Positions 50,728-60,707 of a stretch of 64,000 nt of DNA are shown in pieces. How positions within the stretch are numbered: position 1 is the first letter of the stretch; the number at the start of each line of letters is the position of its first letter. The notes under the pieces are model-generated. The model did no database searches. It was not told the DNA's origin and saw only the letters and a program-made list of their open reading frames with translations. The DNA is taken from positions 1 through 64,000 of the forward strand of contig JBGANV010000008.1 in NCBI GenBank assembly GCA_044222185.1. The letters are read 5' to 3'. Source of the stretch: Planctomycetota bacterium. Its GTDB lineage: Bacteria; Planctomycetota; GCA-002687715; CAIWVZ01. The position numbers and the translations under genes are program-made.

Positions 50728-52193
50728 GACTGCTCGCGATCACGCTCGCCTGCTGCATGCTCCTCCGTGCGCAGGGCACCGGGACGGCACCCTCGGACGC
50801 CGCCGCACGCAGCGCGTTCGTCGAGACGATCGTCGAGCGCGACACGGTGTTCGTGCACGAGGTCGTGACGTTTCGGTTCCGCGTGGGAGTCGAACGGCGA
50901 TTCCTCGACGAGAACCTGATCCAGACGTTCCAACGACGGCTCGACGTCCCCGTTCGACTCGAGGTCGATGGGCTGGACCGGCTCGCGGGAACCGTGGCAC
51001 CGAAGGCGGCGGCCGAGCCAACGAACGGCGCACGCCAGACCTTGGCGTTCAACGGAGCCATCATCGAAGCGCTGCGAGAGGCCGACACGGCGATCGAAGG
51101 CCGCGCGTTCGTCGTGCTCTCGGTCCACCACCGAATCATCCCCACCGAACCCGGCGAGATCTCCGTTCCGGCGCCACGGTTGGCGTTCACGTCCGCGACG
51201 GCGTTCCGCGACGACTTCGTGAACGGCCGCACGCCGATCGATCAGAAGGAGAGCGTCGTCCACGGGCGCGCGGTCACCCTCCGGGCGCAGGCGTTGCCGA
51301 TCGATGGGCGCCCGCGGGGATTCGGGGGCGCCGTGGGGCAATTCACGCTCGATGCGAGCGCCGAGCCGAGCTCCGTGCGCGTGGGCGAGAGCGTGAGGCT
51401 TCGCGTCACGATTCACGGCGAGGGCAACCTGGGGTTCTTCGCGCCACCGGATCCGGCCGGTATCGCGGGCTTCCGGGCACTGGGACGGATCGACCACGAC
51501 CTGGCGGGGCGCTCGATGACGTTCGACCTCGCGCCGCTCTCGACCAGCGTGCACGAGATCCCGCCCTTGACCCTGCCGTTCTTCGAACCACGCGCGGCGG
51601 CGTATCGGACGGCGGCGACGTCGCCCATCCCGATCTCCGTTCTCCCCGGTGACGGTGGTGCGTCGGAGGTCGTGCGCACCGTCGACCCGTCGTCCCGCGC
51701 GATCCCCGGAGAGAGCGACATCTACGACATCAAGCCCGAGGGGCCTGCGGCGACCGACGGCGCGCGCCTCGTGACGCCGGTCAGCGTATCCGTCGTGTTC
51801 TGCGCACCCTGGCTCGCGATGCTCGGCGCGACGCTCGTCCGTCGTCGGCGCGCCGCCCTCGCCGCGGATCCCGTGGGCGCCGCGGCCCGCACCGCCGCCG
51901 TGCGATTCGAGGAGACCATGGCGGACGCGAGTGCGGATGCGACGCTGGCGTTCACCGTGTTTCTCGGGGCTCACCTGCGGTGCACGCCGTCGGCAGTGGT
52001 GTCTCCCGACCTTGCCGCACGTCTGCGCGAGGCGGGTGCCGACGCCGGACTGGCGACGGAGACCGCGTCGTTCCTCGATCGTGCGATCGCCGCAGGATAC
52101 GGAGGCCGTGCGGTGCCCGACGCCGCAGCCCAGGCGCGCCGTCTCGTGGCGCGGCTCCAGCCCGCGCTCTCGCGCCGGGAGGATTCGGCATGA
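50724..52193 (+). CDS. batD: BatD-like protein
   Basis: Signal peptide, F.GAVGQF.L..S.....V.VGE...L...I.GEGN, IP....FF.P....Y, TM helix. Confidence 0.85.
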   Translation: MRLLAITLACCMLLRAQGTGTAPSDAAARSAFVETIVERDTVFVHEVVTFRFRVGVERRFLDENLIQTFQRRLDVPVRLEVDGLDRLAGTVAPKAAAEPTNGARQTLAFNGAIIEALREADTAIEGRAFVVLSVHHRIIPTEPGEISVPAPRLAFTSATAFRDDFVNGRTPIDQKESVVHGRAVTLRAQALPIDGRPRGFGGAVGQFTLDASAEPSSVRVGESVRLRVTIHGEGNLGFFAPPDPAGIAGFRALGRIDHDLAGRSMTFDLAPLSTSVHEIPPLTLPFFEPRAAAYRTAATSPIPISVLPGDGGASEVVRTVDPSSRAIPGESDIYDIKPEGPAATDGARLVTPVSVSVVFCAPWLAMLGATLVRRRRAALAADPVGAAARTAAVRFEETMADASADATLAFTVFLGAHLRCTPSAVVSPDLAARLREAGADAGLATETASFLDRAIAAGYGGRAVPDAAAQARRLVARLQPALSRREDSA

Positions 52194-52885
52194 TCCTGCT
52201 TCCTCTGGCCCTCGTGCTCGCGCTCGCGGGACCCGGTGACGCGGAACGCGCCTGGGAGGCCGGTCGCTTCGAAGAGGCGTTCGCGTTGTTTCACGCGAGG
52301 CTGGACGCGGGCCAATCCGAGCCGGGCCCGACCCTCTTCAACCTGGGCAACTGCGCCTACCGCCTCGGGCGCCACGCGGAGGCCGTGTTGTGGTTTCGCC
52401 GCGCGGCGCTCCGGCTGCCTGACGATCCGCAGGTCGCATTCAATCTGCGGCTCGCGCAGCGCCACCTGGGGCTGAAGGGCGACGACGTGGCGCCGGAGAC
52501 GGGATTCGCACGCGAACTCCGTCGCGTCACGGCATTCCAATGGCTCGTGATCCTCGGCTCTGCGCACGCCGTGGGCGTGGTCGGGCTGTTTCTGTCCGGC
52601 CGACGGCGGGGCCTTCGGATCGCCGCTGGACTGTTGCTCGCGTCCGCACTCGCGGGCGCCGTGCCCTGGGCGCGCTCCCATTTCGATCCCGACCCGCCGG
52701 GCGGCGTCGTGCTCGCAGGTGAGGCGGTGCTGCGACGCGAGCCGCACCCCGACCAACCCGTGGTGACCCGTGTCAGGGCAGGCGACAGCGTCCGGGTCCT
52801 CGAACGATCCGCTCGCTGGCTTCGCGTCGCGCACTCATCCGGCGAGGGCTGGACGGAACAGAACGGGATCGGATTGGTGGAATGA
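52190..52885 (+). CDS. batE: BatE-like TPR + SH3 protein
   Basis: FNLGNCAYRLG..AV.WF.RA...P.D...FNL, two TM helices, SH3b LR.EP....G..V.VL....W......GW. Confidence 0.85.
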   Translation: MILLPLALVLALAGPGDAERAWEAGRFEEAFALFHARLDAGQSEPGPTLFNLGNCAYRLGRHAEAVLWFRRAALRLPDDPQVAFNLRLAQRHLGLKGDDVAPETGFARELRRVTAFQWLVILGSAHAVGVVGLFLSGRRRGLRIAAGLLLASALAGAVPWARSHFDPDPPGGVVLAGEAVLRREPHPDQPVVTRVRAGDSVRVLERSARWLRVAHSSGEGWTEQNGIGLVE

Positions 52886-54015
52886 CTCGAACAGAATCCG
52901 CCGACCTCTCGGTCGTCGTCGTCAACTACAACTCGTCGCGCTTCCTCCTGGGGCTGATCGACTCGCTGCTTGCGCATCCGATCACGTACCGCGGCACCGC
53001 GCTGGACGTCGAGATGATCGTCGTCGACAACGCGTCCCGGGCCGACGATCGACTGGTCCTCGAGTCGCTGGCGAATCCGAGGGTCCGCGTGATCTTCAAC
53101 GACGAGAACGTGGGCTACGCTCGCGCCAACAACCAGGGCTTCGAGGCGGCGTCGGGGCGCTGGCACGTGGTGTCGAATCCCGACGTTCTCGTGCGGGCCG
53201 GCTGCATCCAAGCGCTGATCGACACCATCGAGACGATCGATGGGGCGGCACTCGTCGGACCCATGGCGTCACCGGATCCAGGCATGACGCTGCTCATGCC
53301 GCCGAACGAGATGCCCGATCCGTTCCTCGAGGCCGCCGACGCAGTCGCCACGGGATCCCTCGCCGTCGCTCGTTGGCGCGCGCGTCATCGATCGCTGCGG
53401 GCGTTTCGATATTGGAGTGCGACCGAGCCCATTCCCTGGGTCGCGCTCAGTGGGTGCTTCTTCCTCGGACGCCGGACGACGATCCTCGAGCACGGCCTCT
53501 TCGACCCCGACTACCCGCTCTACTACGAAGACATGGATCTGTTCCGCCGCTACGGCGAATCCGGTCTGGGTCTGTGGCACGTACCCTCGGCGCGCATCGT
53601 CCACTTCTGGTCGCGTTCGGCCGATACGGATCCCGCCGTCGCGCAGGAGCGCAATCGTCGTGGTGCCGAGCGCTACTTCGAGAAGTTCTTCGGCCCTCCG
53701 GGGCTGAGGGTCCACCGCACGGCTCGCGCCGCGACGGCCGCAGCCGCCGGTGACACGCGTTGTCCGTTCGACGTCGTCGAACTCGGCCCCCAGTCCGCTC
53801 CGCCGACGCTCCAACTGCCCGTTGGCGAGACCGTCTTCCTCGAACTGGCATCGAACTCCCGCTTCTTCTTCTCCGTTGGGGTGATTCCCAGCGGCCCCAC
53901 GTGGACACCCGACCGCGCGTTCTGGGATTTCCTCCCCGGCCTGGCGCTGTGGTGCCGCGCGATCTCGCCCGTGACCGGCGACACGCTCATCGCGTGGCGT
54001 TTCACGAAGGCGTGA
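52882..54015 (+). CDS. GT2 family glycosyltransferase
   Basis: LSVVVVNYN, VVDNAS, N.GYARANN, NPD, YYEDMD. ATGA overlap with batE. Confidence 0.9.
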   Translation: MTRTESADLSVVVVNYNSSRFLLGLIDSLLAHPITYRGTALDVEMIVVDNASRADDRLVLESLANPRVRVIFNDENVGYARANNQGFEAASGRWHVVSNPDVLVRAGCIQALIDTIETIDGAALVGPMASPDPGMTLLMPPNEMPDPFLEAADAVATGSLAVARWRARHRSLRAFRYWSATEPIPWVALSGCFFLGRRTTILEHGLFDPDYPLYYEDMDLFRRYGESGLGLWHVPSARIVHFWSRSADTDPAVAQERNRRGAERYFEKFFGPPGLRVHRTARAATAAAAGDTRCPFDVVELGPQSAPPTLQLPVGETVFLELASNSRFFFSVGVIPSGPTWTPDRAFWDFLPGLALWCRAISPVTGDTLIAWRFTKA

Positions 54016-54203
54016 CGGGACGGCGAGTCCGGTCGACTGCTCGAGTTGCGGCGCCCGGGGTTTTGCACACCGACCCAGCCGTCAGGCGACGAACATTTCC
54101 ACCCCTACCGCGCGATGGTGGCTACTCGTCAGCAACGTTCCGCAGGCTTTGGCGCGACGGCCACCGGACTCAGCAAGAGCGTCGCACGAGCATGTCCTGG
54201 CGC

Positions 54204-54719
54204 CTAGTCGTAGCCGATGACGGCCACCGTGATCTCCGCCGCGGATCGGTTCAGCGACATGCACTCCCAGAACAACACCCAGACGTAGGCCCACTCGACG
54301 AAGGCGTCCGCGTCTTCAGGAGCGTCGAGTACGAACAGCTGTGTCGCTCCGCCGGACAGCGATTCGAGCCATCCATCGATCGGGCTTCGCTGATGAGCCG
54401 GGAGCTCGGTGACGAACCTCGGATCGGCCAGAACCACCTCGACGCGGGACCGCAATTGCGGCAGGTCGACTGCGACGAGCCACTTCGAGTCCATCCGCGA
54501 CTTCCGGAACGGACCGTGTTCGTTCGGGGCGTCTCCCCAGTCGTCCGGCCGGCAGAACGACACTCCATAGATCGAGCTCTGCAAGAACTCACGCAGGATC
54601 GTGTCGCAGGGAATGTCGCGAGGATCGGCGCCCTCGATGGCGAACACCGATCGGTCGAACCAACCGAAGTCCCACAGCTTGGACGTCTGTCGATCGATGA
54701 GTCGGAAGTTCATCAGCAT
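54204..54719 (-). CDS. Hypothetical acidic, aromatic-rich protein
   Basis: 171 aa ORF with AGGAG RBS and globular composition; no family recognised. Confidence 0.65.
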   Translation of the reverse strand: MLMNFRLIDRQTSKLWDFGWFDRSVFAIEGADPRDIPCDTILREFLQSSIYGVSFCRPDDWGDAPNEHGPFRKSRMDSKWLVAVDLPQLRSRVEVVLADPRFVTELPAHQRSPIDGWLESLSGGATQLFVLDAPEDADAFVEWAYVWVLFWECMSLNRSAAEITVAVIGYD

Positions 54720-54779
54720 CGTGCTCCTGACACTCTCACGTGATCGGGGTCACGTCCGAGGGCGTCGCCGGGCGGACGA

Positions 54780-55730
54780 TCACCCCCGAATCAACCCCAC
54801 GGCCATCCGCAGGAGGCCGCGCGAGTGATTCCACCACGCGGAGACCGTGGGCAGGTTCTTCCGAGCGCGGAGGCACTCGCGGACGGTGACGTGAAGGAGG
54901 GCCGCACCCGTGAAGAGGCGACCGAGGAATCCGTGGTGCTTGCGGAAGTACCAGATGCGGTTCTTGTGCCACTCCAGGGCCATCATCCGGAATTTGCCGA
55001 CGGAGCTGCTTTCGCGGTGGAACACACCGGGCGCCTCCACGTGCCAGATGGAGAAGCCAGCCTGGCGGATGCGGAGCGCCCAATCCACGTCGTTGAAGAA
55101 CAGCCAGAGCTTCTCGTCCATCGGACCGACGCGGTCGATGACCTCGCGACGAACGAGGAAGCAGGTGCCGGGAGGCTGGTCGACCTCCCGCGTGCCCATG
55201 TGATCCCAGTCCTTCATCTCGTAACGACGAAGCACGCCCGCATCGGGGAACCAACGGTGCGGCGGCAGGTCCCAGAACGCCACGAGCCCGAGCGTCGGAA
55301 ACCGCTTGCAGCCGCACTGGCGGGACCCGTCGGGATTCAACAGCGGCGGCGCGACGGCGCCCGCCGTCGGATGAGCATCGAGAAATGCACAGAGCGCCTC
55401 GAACGTCCCGGGGCGAACGCGCGTATCCGACCCGAGGAGGCAGACACGCCGACCCGTGGAGCGCGCGATACCCTGGTTGACGCCCGGCGCATATCCGCGG
55501 TTTTCGGCGTTGCGCACCAGGACGACCTCGGGGAACTCCGCCGCGATCAGATCCGGGCTCCCGTCCTCGGACGCGTTGTCGATGACGACGATCTCGGTGC
55601 GCAAGCCGTCGGACGCGCCCCGCAGCGCCGTGAGGCATTCACGCACCAACTCCTTCGTGTTCCACGACAGGATCACGATCGAGAGATCGGCCGCGGATCC
55701 GCCGGAAGCCGGCGACGGTGAATCAGCCAT
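54780..55730 (-). CDS. GT2 family glycosyltransferase (WbbL-like)
   Basis: LSIVILSWN, IDNASEDGS, NRGYA..VNQG, P.L.NPDG..Q, DE...LFFNDVDW. Confidence 0.9.
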   Translation of the reverse strand: MADSPSPASGGSAADLSIVILSWNTKELVRECLTALRGASDGLRTEIVVIDNASEDGSPDLIAAEFPEVVLVRNAENRGYAPGVNQGIARSTGRRVCLLGSDTRVRPGTFEALCAFLDAHPTAGAVAPPLLNPDGSRQCGCKRFPTLGLVAFWDLPPHRWFPDAGVLRRYEMKDWDHMGTREVDQPPGTCFLVRREVIDRVGPMDEKLWLFFNDVDWALRIRQAGFSIWHVEAPGVFHRESSSVGKFRMMALEWHKNRIWYFRKHHGFLGRLFTGAALLHVTVRECLRARKNLPTVSAWWNHSRGLLRMAVGLIRG

Positions 55731-56967
55731 GGGCGAGCACCCGCTCGTACATGCGTTCGATGTCGGCCGAATGGGTCTCGAGCGCGTACTGCCGCGGCGC
55801 CGGTGCCGCGCGCAACCTCGCCAGGATCGTGGGATCGTCCATCATCCCCTGGATCACGTCAGCCCATGCCCTCACGTCGCCCGCCGGCACGACCACCCCG
55901 CGTCCCAAGACGCGCTCCGGCGGGGCGCCGCGATCGGAGACGAGGACGGGAAGGCCGAGCTGGATCGCCTCGTCGACGACGAGTCCATGAGTCTCCATGT
56001 AGTACGACGGGAAGGCCGCCACGTCGTGATTCCAGAACGTGCGCACGAGATCGTCGCGGTTGAAACGACCGTGAAAGACGGGCGCGGATCGCGTCGCGCT
56101 GGCGATCAGCGCGTCGCGATACCCGGGGTCGTGGATCGTTCCGAAATGATGCAGTTCGACGCGCTCGGCGTCGCGCACTCGCTGGCATGCGTCGACGAGC
56201 AGCGCGAACCCCTTGCCTGGATCGAGACCGCCCCACGAGACGATGCGAAACTTCGTGTCGTTTCGAGGTGATGGGTTTCGGGGCTCGACCCCAAGGGAGG
56301 GCGCCGGGTACGGGACGACGTCCAGCGCGACGTCGTGGAAGAGCGGAATCTCGCGCATGTAACGGGCCTGCGCATTCGAGAGGACGATCACGGCGCGCGC
56401 CGCCGCGAGTTCCGCGCGCATGGCCGCTCGCCGACGGATGAACGCGGGCCGCACCATGGCCTCCGGCGCACCGAAGGCCTCCACGAGGCACTGCACGCAG
56501 ACGTCGGTTTCCACCGAGGGAGCGCACGGCGTCCGCAGATCGGGGAGCCGGAAGAAGCGCGGGCAGGTGACGTGGAAGTCGGACAGCGTGGCGACGACGG
56601 GAACGCCCCTCGCCGCGAGCGTCCGAACGAGGTCCGTCGAGAGGTTGTGCCAATGGTGGACGTGCGCGACGTCCCACGAACTCTCGTCGAGGATCTTGGC
56701 GATGGCCGCCAGGGTCGGTGCGCACGATTGATCGGCGTCACGGACGCGCCAGTTCGCGGGAAGCCGGATGACGGTGAGCCCGTCGCCGGACTCGACGACG
56801 GGGTCGCGGGTCTCCGTCTCGCGTTCGGACCCGCACACGACGACGGCGCGCCATCCCGCGGCGCACTGCGCGCGAGCGAGGTCGCGAACGTAGAGCTCGG
56901 TCCCCCCGTGTGACTCCGGGGGAAACACGTGCACGAAGTGCAGCACCGAGCGCCGTGGGACCGACAT
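55723..56967 (-). CDS. GT4 (GT-B fold) glycosyltransferase
   Basis: FPP...GG.E, H.HHW, T..D....CP, KG, PS..E.HGLV.DEA...G.PV..SD.G...E. Confidence 0.9.
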   Translation of the reverse strand: MSVPRRSVLHFVHVFPPESHGGTELYVRDLARAQCAAGWRAVVVCGSERETETRDPVVESGDGLTVIRLPANWRVRDADQSCAPTLAAIAKILDESSWDVAHVHHWHNLSTDLVRTLAARGVPVVATLSDFHVTCPRFFRLPDLRTPCAPSVETDVCVQCLVEAFGAPEAMVRPAFIRRRAAMRAELAAARAVIVLSNAQARYMREIPLFHDVALDVVPYPAPSLGVEPRNPSPRNDTKFRIVSWGGLDPGKGFALLVDACQRVRDAERVELHHFGTIHDPGYRDALIASATRSAPVFHGRFNRDDLVRTFWNHDVAAFPSYYMETHGLVVDEAIQLGLPVLVSDRGAPPERVLGRGVVVPAGDVRAWADVIQGMMDDPTILARLRAAPAPRQYALETHSADIERMYERVLAHG

Positions 56968-57242
56968 GCGGGCCCGGTTTTACCAGATCGCATCGGCCAG
57001 CATCGGGGGACACCAGGGGTGGCGGGCTCGCGGTCGAGCAAGCGGCGGAGGCACGCGATTGGGAGGATCGACGCGTTCAGCGGAAGTCGGGGGCAGGTGC
57101 GAGCCGGCCCTGGAAGCCGCGCGGGAGGACGTTCATTCGACGGATCGGTGGGAGGGTCAGGGACTCGTCCCGGCTCCAGGCAGGCCGGCGCCTGCCGATC
57201 CAGCCGCGCGGAGCGCGGTGCTCCGCGCTGCAGCGCTCCGAC

Positions 57243-59219
57243 TCAGGCCCCCGGCACCAGAGCGAATGCCTGCAAATCGTCGAACGACGTCGTGGCGTCG
57301 GCCTTCGACCACAGACCCACCTTGCCCGCGCCGATGAAGGTGCTGTCGGTGACGTCCAGCGCGACCGCGCCGTCGAAGCCGACGAGAATCCGCGTGCCTT
57401 GGTGCGTCACCGTGATCTCGTGCCACGTGCCGGAATGGGCCTTCACCTCGGCCGTCTGAAAGAACGTGCGGATTCCCGCTTCGACCTTGTAGACACGCAG
57501 GTTCGACTCCAGAGGATTCCACCGTGCGACGTAGTAGTTGTTCGCGTCCTTCGCGCGCCAGACGACTCCGCCGCCGCGATCCTCCGTTCCGCCGTCGGCT
57601 CGGATGCGCACGCGCAGGCGCACGTCCGCGGGGCACGCGGTGTCACACAAGAGGAGATTGAACGTGCTGCCGGCGTTGCGGCTCTCGGCGATCCGAACGA
57701 TGTGATGCCCCTCGGGCGCGTCCGCCGCGGCGTCCACGCGCCAGGTCGCGGGGGTGCCCTTCCCCGCCGTCTCCGCGATCGTCCACCCGCTCGGCGCGCC
57801 GCCGGGCGCGGACGACTCGAAACCGTCCGTCACGACGACCTTGCCCAGGGGCGTCTGACTCGACGGCGCGGCGCCGGCGACGGGCGCTGAGCTCTTCGCT
57901 GGCGGCGTCGCGGCGAGGGGTGGCTGCGGGTCGGGATCCGCCGCCACGTCCGCGAGTCCGTAGCCAGGAGTGCGAGCCACCATGAACACGTGGAAGCTGA
58001 ACCCGCCGCCGACGAGTTCGTCGGTCGAATTGCGTCCATCGAGCTCGACGGCGGCGAGCCAGTGTCCGCCGCCAAAATCGGTGTGAATCGTCTCGACGTG
58101 CCACGGCTCGCCCGGGCGCGCGGTGAGGAGCTGCACCTTCTTCGAATAGCCGAACACGGCCACCGTCTCCGTGCGCGGATCCGAATCGAAATTGCCGGCC
58201 GCGAGCCCGCGCGGTCCCGTGGGGCCGGCGTAGATCATGTCGCGCATCCACGTGCCATCGGGCCGCTCGGCGAAACGCAGGATGAGGCCGTCCGTGCGTG
58301 CGACGTAGACGACCTCGGGCTCCGCGCCACCGCCTTCGACGCCACCGGGGCCCGTTCGCTTCGCCGTCGGCTTCCGCGCGATCCGCGCGATCGACATGGG
58401 CTCGGAGCACAGCGGCTTGCGATCGAATCCCTTCTCGGTCCGGGTGACGAGCGCCACCTCGCCCGTCTGCAAGAGCGCCGCGACGCGCGGGGGCTTGCGC
58501 GAATCCCCAGGCAGAAGGACGGCGTCACGACAGCGCGAGCCCAGGTCTCCGATCTGCTCGAACACGAAACCCTGGTCCTTCGCGTCCACGCGAATCTCGT
58601 AGATCGGCCCGTTGTTCGTGAGCGCGATCATCTCGTTGCCGGGGTGAGCACCATTCACGTCGCCGACGATGAACTTGGAGAGCGAGGCGTCGGGAATCGT
58701 CCCGACCATCACCGTGGACCAGCCTTTGCGGCCCTGGTGGACGACCTGGTAGACGTTGCCGCTCCCGCCGCCCACGTAGACCTCCGTCCCCTCGACGCGC
58801 GGATCGACGTCGCCGTGCGCCCACGCGCTGCACGAGCGGCCGTCCTCGACGACGACCGTCGAGCTCCACTTCCCGCTATCCGATTGCAGGATGATGCACC
58901 GCCCCTTCTCGTCGAGGACCACGACCTGCGGCGAACCGTAGTAATTCGTCAGCATGCCGCCGCCGAGCGCATGAAGCCGCCAGCAGTCCGTCGTGAAGAG
59001 GTGGAACGCGTCCCAGCCGGGCGCGCTGCCGGACAGCCGGATCTCGCCCTTGCTCGGATCGTCCTGCGGCAGCAGCGAGGGATCGCTCGAGCATGCCCAG
59101 CGTTCGGGCGATGTTCGAGGCGCCTTGGTTTCGGGATCGCTCCCCGAGTTCTGCGCCATGGCCATGGTCGACGCTGCCGCAAGGCACGCGAGAAGAGGGA
59201 TCCAGGATCGCTTGCACAT
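57243..59219 (-). CDS. Exported FG-GAP-like beta-propeller fused to a DUF1080-like (lectin-fold) domain
   Basis: Signal peptide, GDVDP/GDVNG/GNFD repeats, Pro/Ala linker, then GGGVVWRAKDANNYY.AR.N.LE.N and G.VGLWSKADA.T.FDD. Confidence 0.75.
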   Translation of the reverse strand: MCKRSWIPLLACLAAASTMAMAQNSGSDPETKAPRTSPERWACSSDPSLLPQDDPSKGEIRLSGSAPGWDAFHLFTTDCWRLHALGGGMLTNYYGSPQVVVLDEKGRCIILQSDSGKWSSTVVVEDGRSCSAWAHGDVDPRVEGTEVYVGGGSGNVYQVVHQGRKGWSTVMVGTIPDASLSKFIVGDVNGAHPGNEMIALTNNGPIYEIRVDAKDQGFVFEQIGDLGSRCRDAVLLPGDSRKPPRVAALLQTGEVALVTRTEKGFDRKPLCSEPMSIARIARKPTAKRTGPGGVEGGGAEPEVVYVARTDGLILRFAERPDGTWMRDMIYAGPTGPRGLAAGNFDSDPRTETVAVFGYSKKVQLLTARPGEPWHVETIHTDFGGGHWLAAVELDGRNSTDELVGGGFSFHVFMVARTPGYGLADVAADPDPQPPLAATPPAKSSAPVAGAAPSSQTPLGKVVVTDGFESSAPGGAPSGWTIAETAGKGTPATWRVDAAADAPEGHHIVRIAESRNAGSTFNLLLCDTACPADVRLRVRIRADGGTEDRGGGVVWRAKDANNYYVARWNPLESNLRVYKVEAGIRTFFQTAEVKAHSGTWHEITVTHQGTRILVGFDGAVALDVTDSTFIGAGKVGLWSKADATTSFDDLQAFALVPGA

Positions 59220-59827
59220 GTTTGCGAATCTCCCGTCGCGGGGGCGACGATCGAGCGAGTGGTCGAGTGGAGGGAATGCTTGGAGTCGCGGACCGAGGTC
59301 CGATGGTCGTCACCTGGAGCGGTGGTGTGTGAAACACCTGATTCTCAGGCGCGCTTCGCGCGGACACGCGCGTCGCGTGACGTGGGAGACCCGATCGGCA
59401 CGAGCCATGTGGCAAGCAAGACTCGCGCCGCCGCGACACTGCGCGCGGGACGCGCTCGCAACGCGCCGCATCGCTGCGCGGATCCGACGGGAGTTTCACC
59501 ATCACTGGCGATGCGCGCGCCGCTCGCCTCCGCTCTCGTTCGACGGCGCTCTTCCGCCCCGGGCGTAGCGGCGTTCTCGTCATCGACGCGCGCCCGGATC
59601 GAACGTTGGTTACCGCCGAGTAACCGGCAGCGCGGCACCGTGACGGGGCATGGCGCCGTCGTTCTGCGAGCGACACGAGTTTGGCGCGAGATACAACCGA
59701 ATCCGCCGGCGGTGCAGCGCGGCATCAAGAGCGAGACGCAGCTCCCGTGTGCACGCCTCGCGATCCGCGCTCCGAGCCTGAGCGGATTGCCGGAACCGCC
59801 GTCGCGGCCTCGCAGATCCCTCGGCGA

Positions 59828-60598
59828 TCAGCGACCGTTCGTGACGGGAACCTTGATGACTGCGGGCACGATGCGGAGCACCTCGACCGCAGCACCCCGC
59901 GTCACGCGCACGCGGAGGATGTCGCCATCCACGTTCTTCTTCACGTGGAATTCCGGTTCGCCGATCGCCTGCGGCCCCCAGACACGCTCGACGGAGACGA
60001 TCACGCCGCTCGGGACGGCGCCGTGTGCGCAAGCCAGCACTCCGGCGGGCGCGTCCTCGGGGCGAATCTGCTCCTCTTCGCCGACCACCTCGCCGTCGGC
60101 CGTCGTGAGGATCTCCTTCGCGAGTGCATCGCGAACGACGTCCACCTCGAAGTAGGGAACGCCGCGGATCACCTGCACGCGCGCGCCGGTCACCTCGCTT
60201 CCTGGGGCCGAGTTCCTCGCGGTGACCAGGCAGACGGCAGGCACGTCTTCGATCCGGACGCTTCGAGTCGCCACGGCAACGGCGCCGGAGCCCACGTACT
60301 CGAGCTCGACCTTCCCGCCCGGTTGCGATGCGCGCGCCAGATCCATCGGCGAGGATCGCAGGGCATCCGCCCCCTGGCGTCCGGCGACGACCCCGAGGGC
60401 AAATGCGAAGCAGAGTGCCGCCAGCGCCATGAGCCCGCGGCGCGCGAAGCGCCGCCTGGCTCGCGGCAGAACTCTTGGTTCAGGCGATGGTCTCTCGCGC
60501 TCGCTCCGCCTGGGTCGCGCCGACGGTGCCGAGACCCTCCGGGTCGAGACGCCACCCGAGACCACCTGCGAGCCGCTGCCTGCGTCCTTGGATGACAC
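59828..60598 (-). CDS. Membrane-anchored protein with PepSY-like (BLIP-like) repeats
   Basis: GAGGAG RBS before GTG at 60598, TM helix, two repeats I..ED.PA........PG/SG..V.....YFEV/EFHV. Confidence 0.6.
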   Translation of the reverse strand: MSSKDAGSGSQVVSGGVSTRRVSAPSARPRRSERERPSPEPRVLPRARRRFARRGLMALAALCFAFALGVVAGRQGADALRSSPMDLARASQPGGKVELEYVGSGAVAVATRSVRIEDVPAVCLVTARNSAPGSEVTGARVQVIRGVPYFEVDVVRDALAKEILTTADGEVVGEEEQIRPEDAPAGVLACAHGAVPSGVIVSVERVWGPQAIGEPEFHVKKNVDGDILRVRVTRGAAVEVLRIVPAVIKVPVTNGR

Positions 60599-60707
60599 GT
60601 GAAACTCCTCGTGCGCCGCTGCGACCGATCGCTCTCGGCGTGTTTGGTTCGGCGCGTTGCGGCCACCGCCCGGGTGACCGAAGGCCGGCGTCACCGGCCC
60701 TGCTTGC

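Noticed and set aside
57090-57197. Long imperfect inverted repeat downstream of the 57243 gene
   Set aside because: Many mismatches, a single copy, and unrelated to the dispersed repeat; could arise by chance at this GC.
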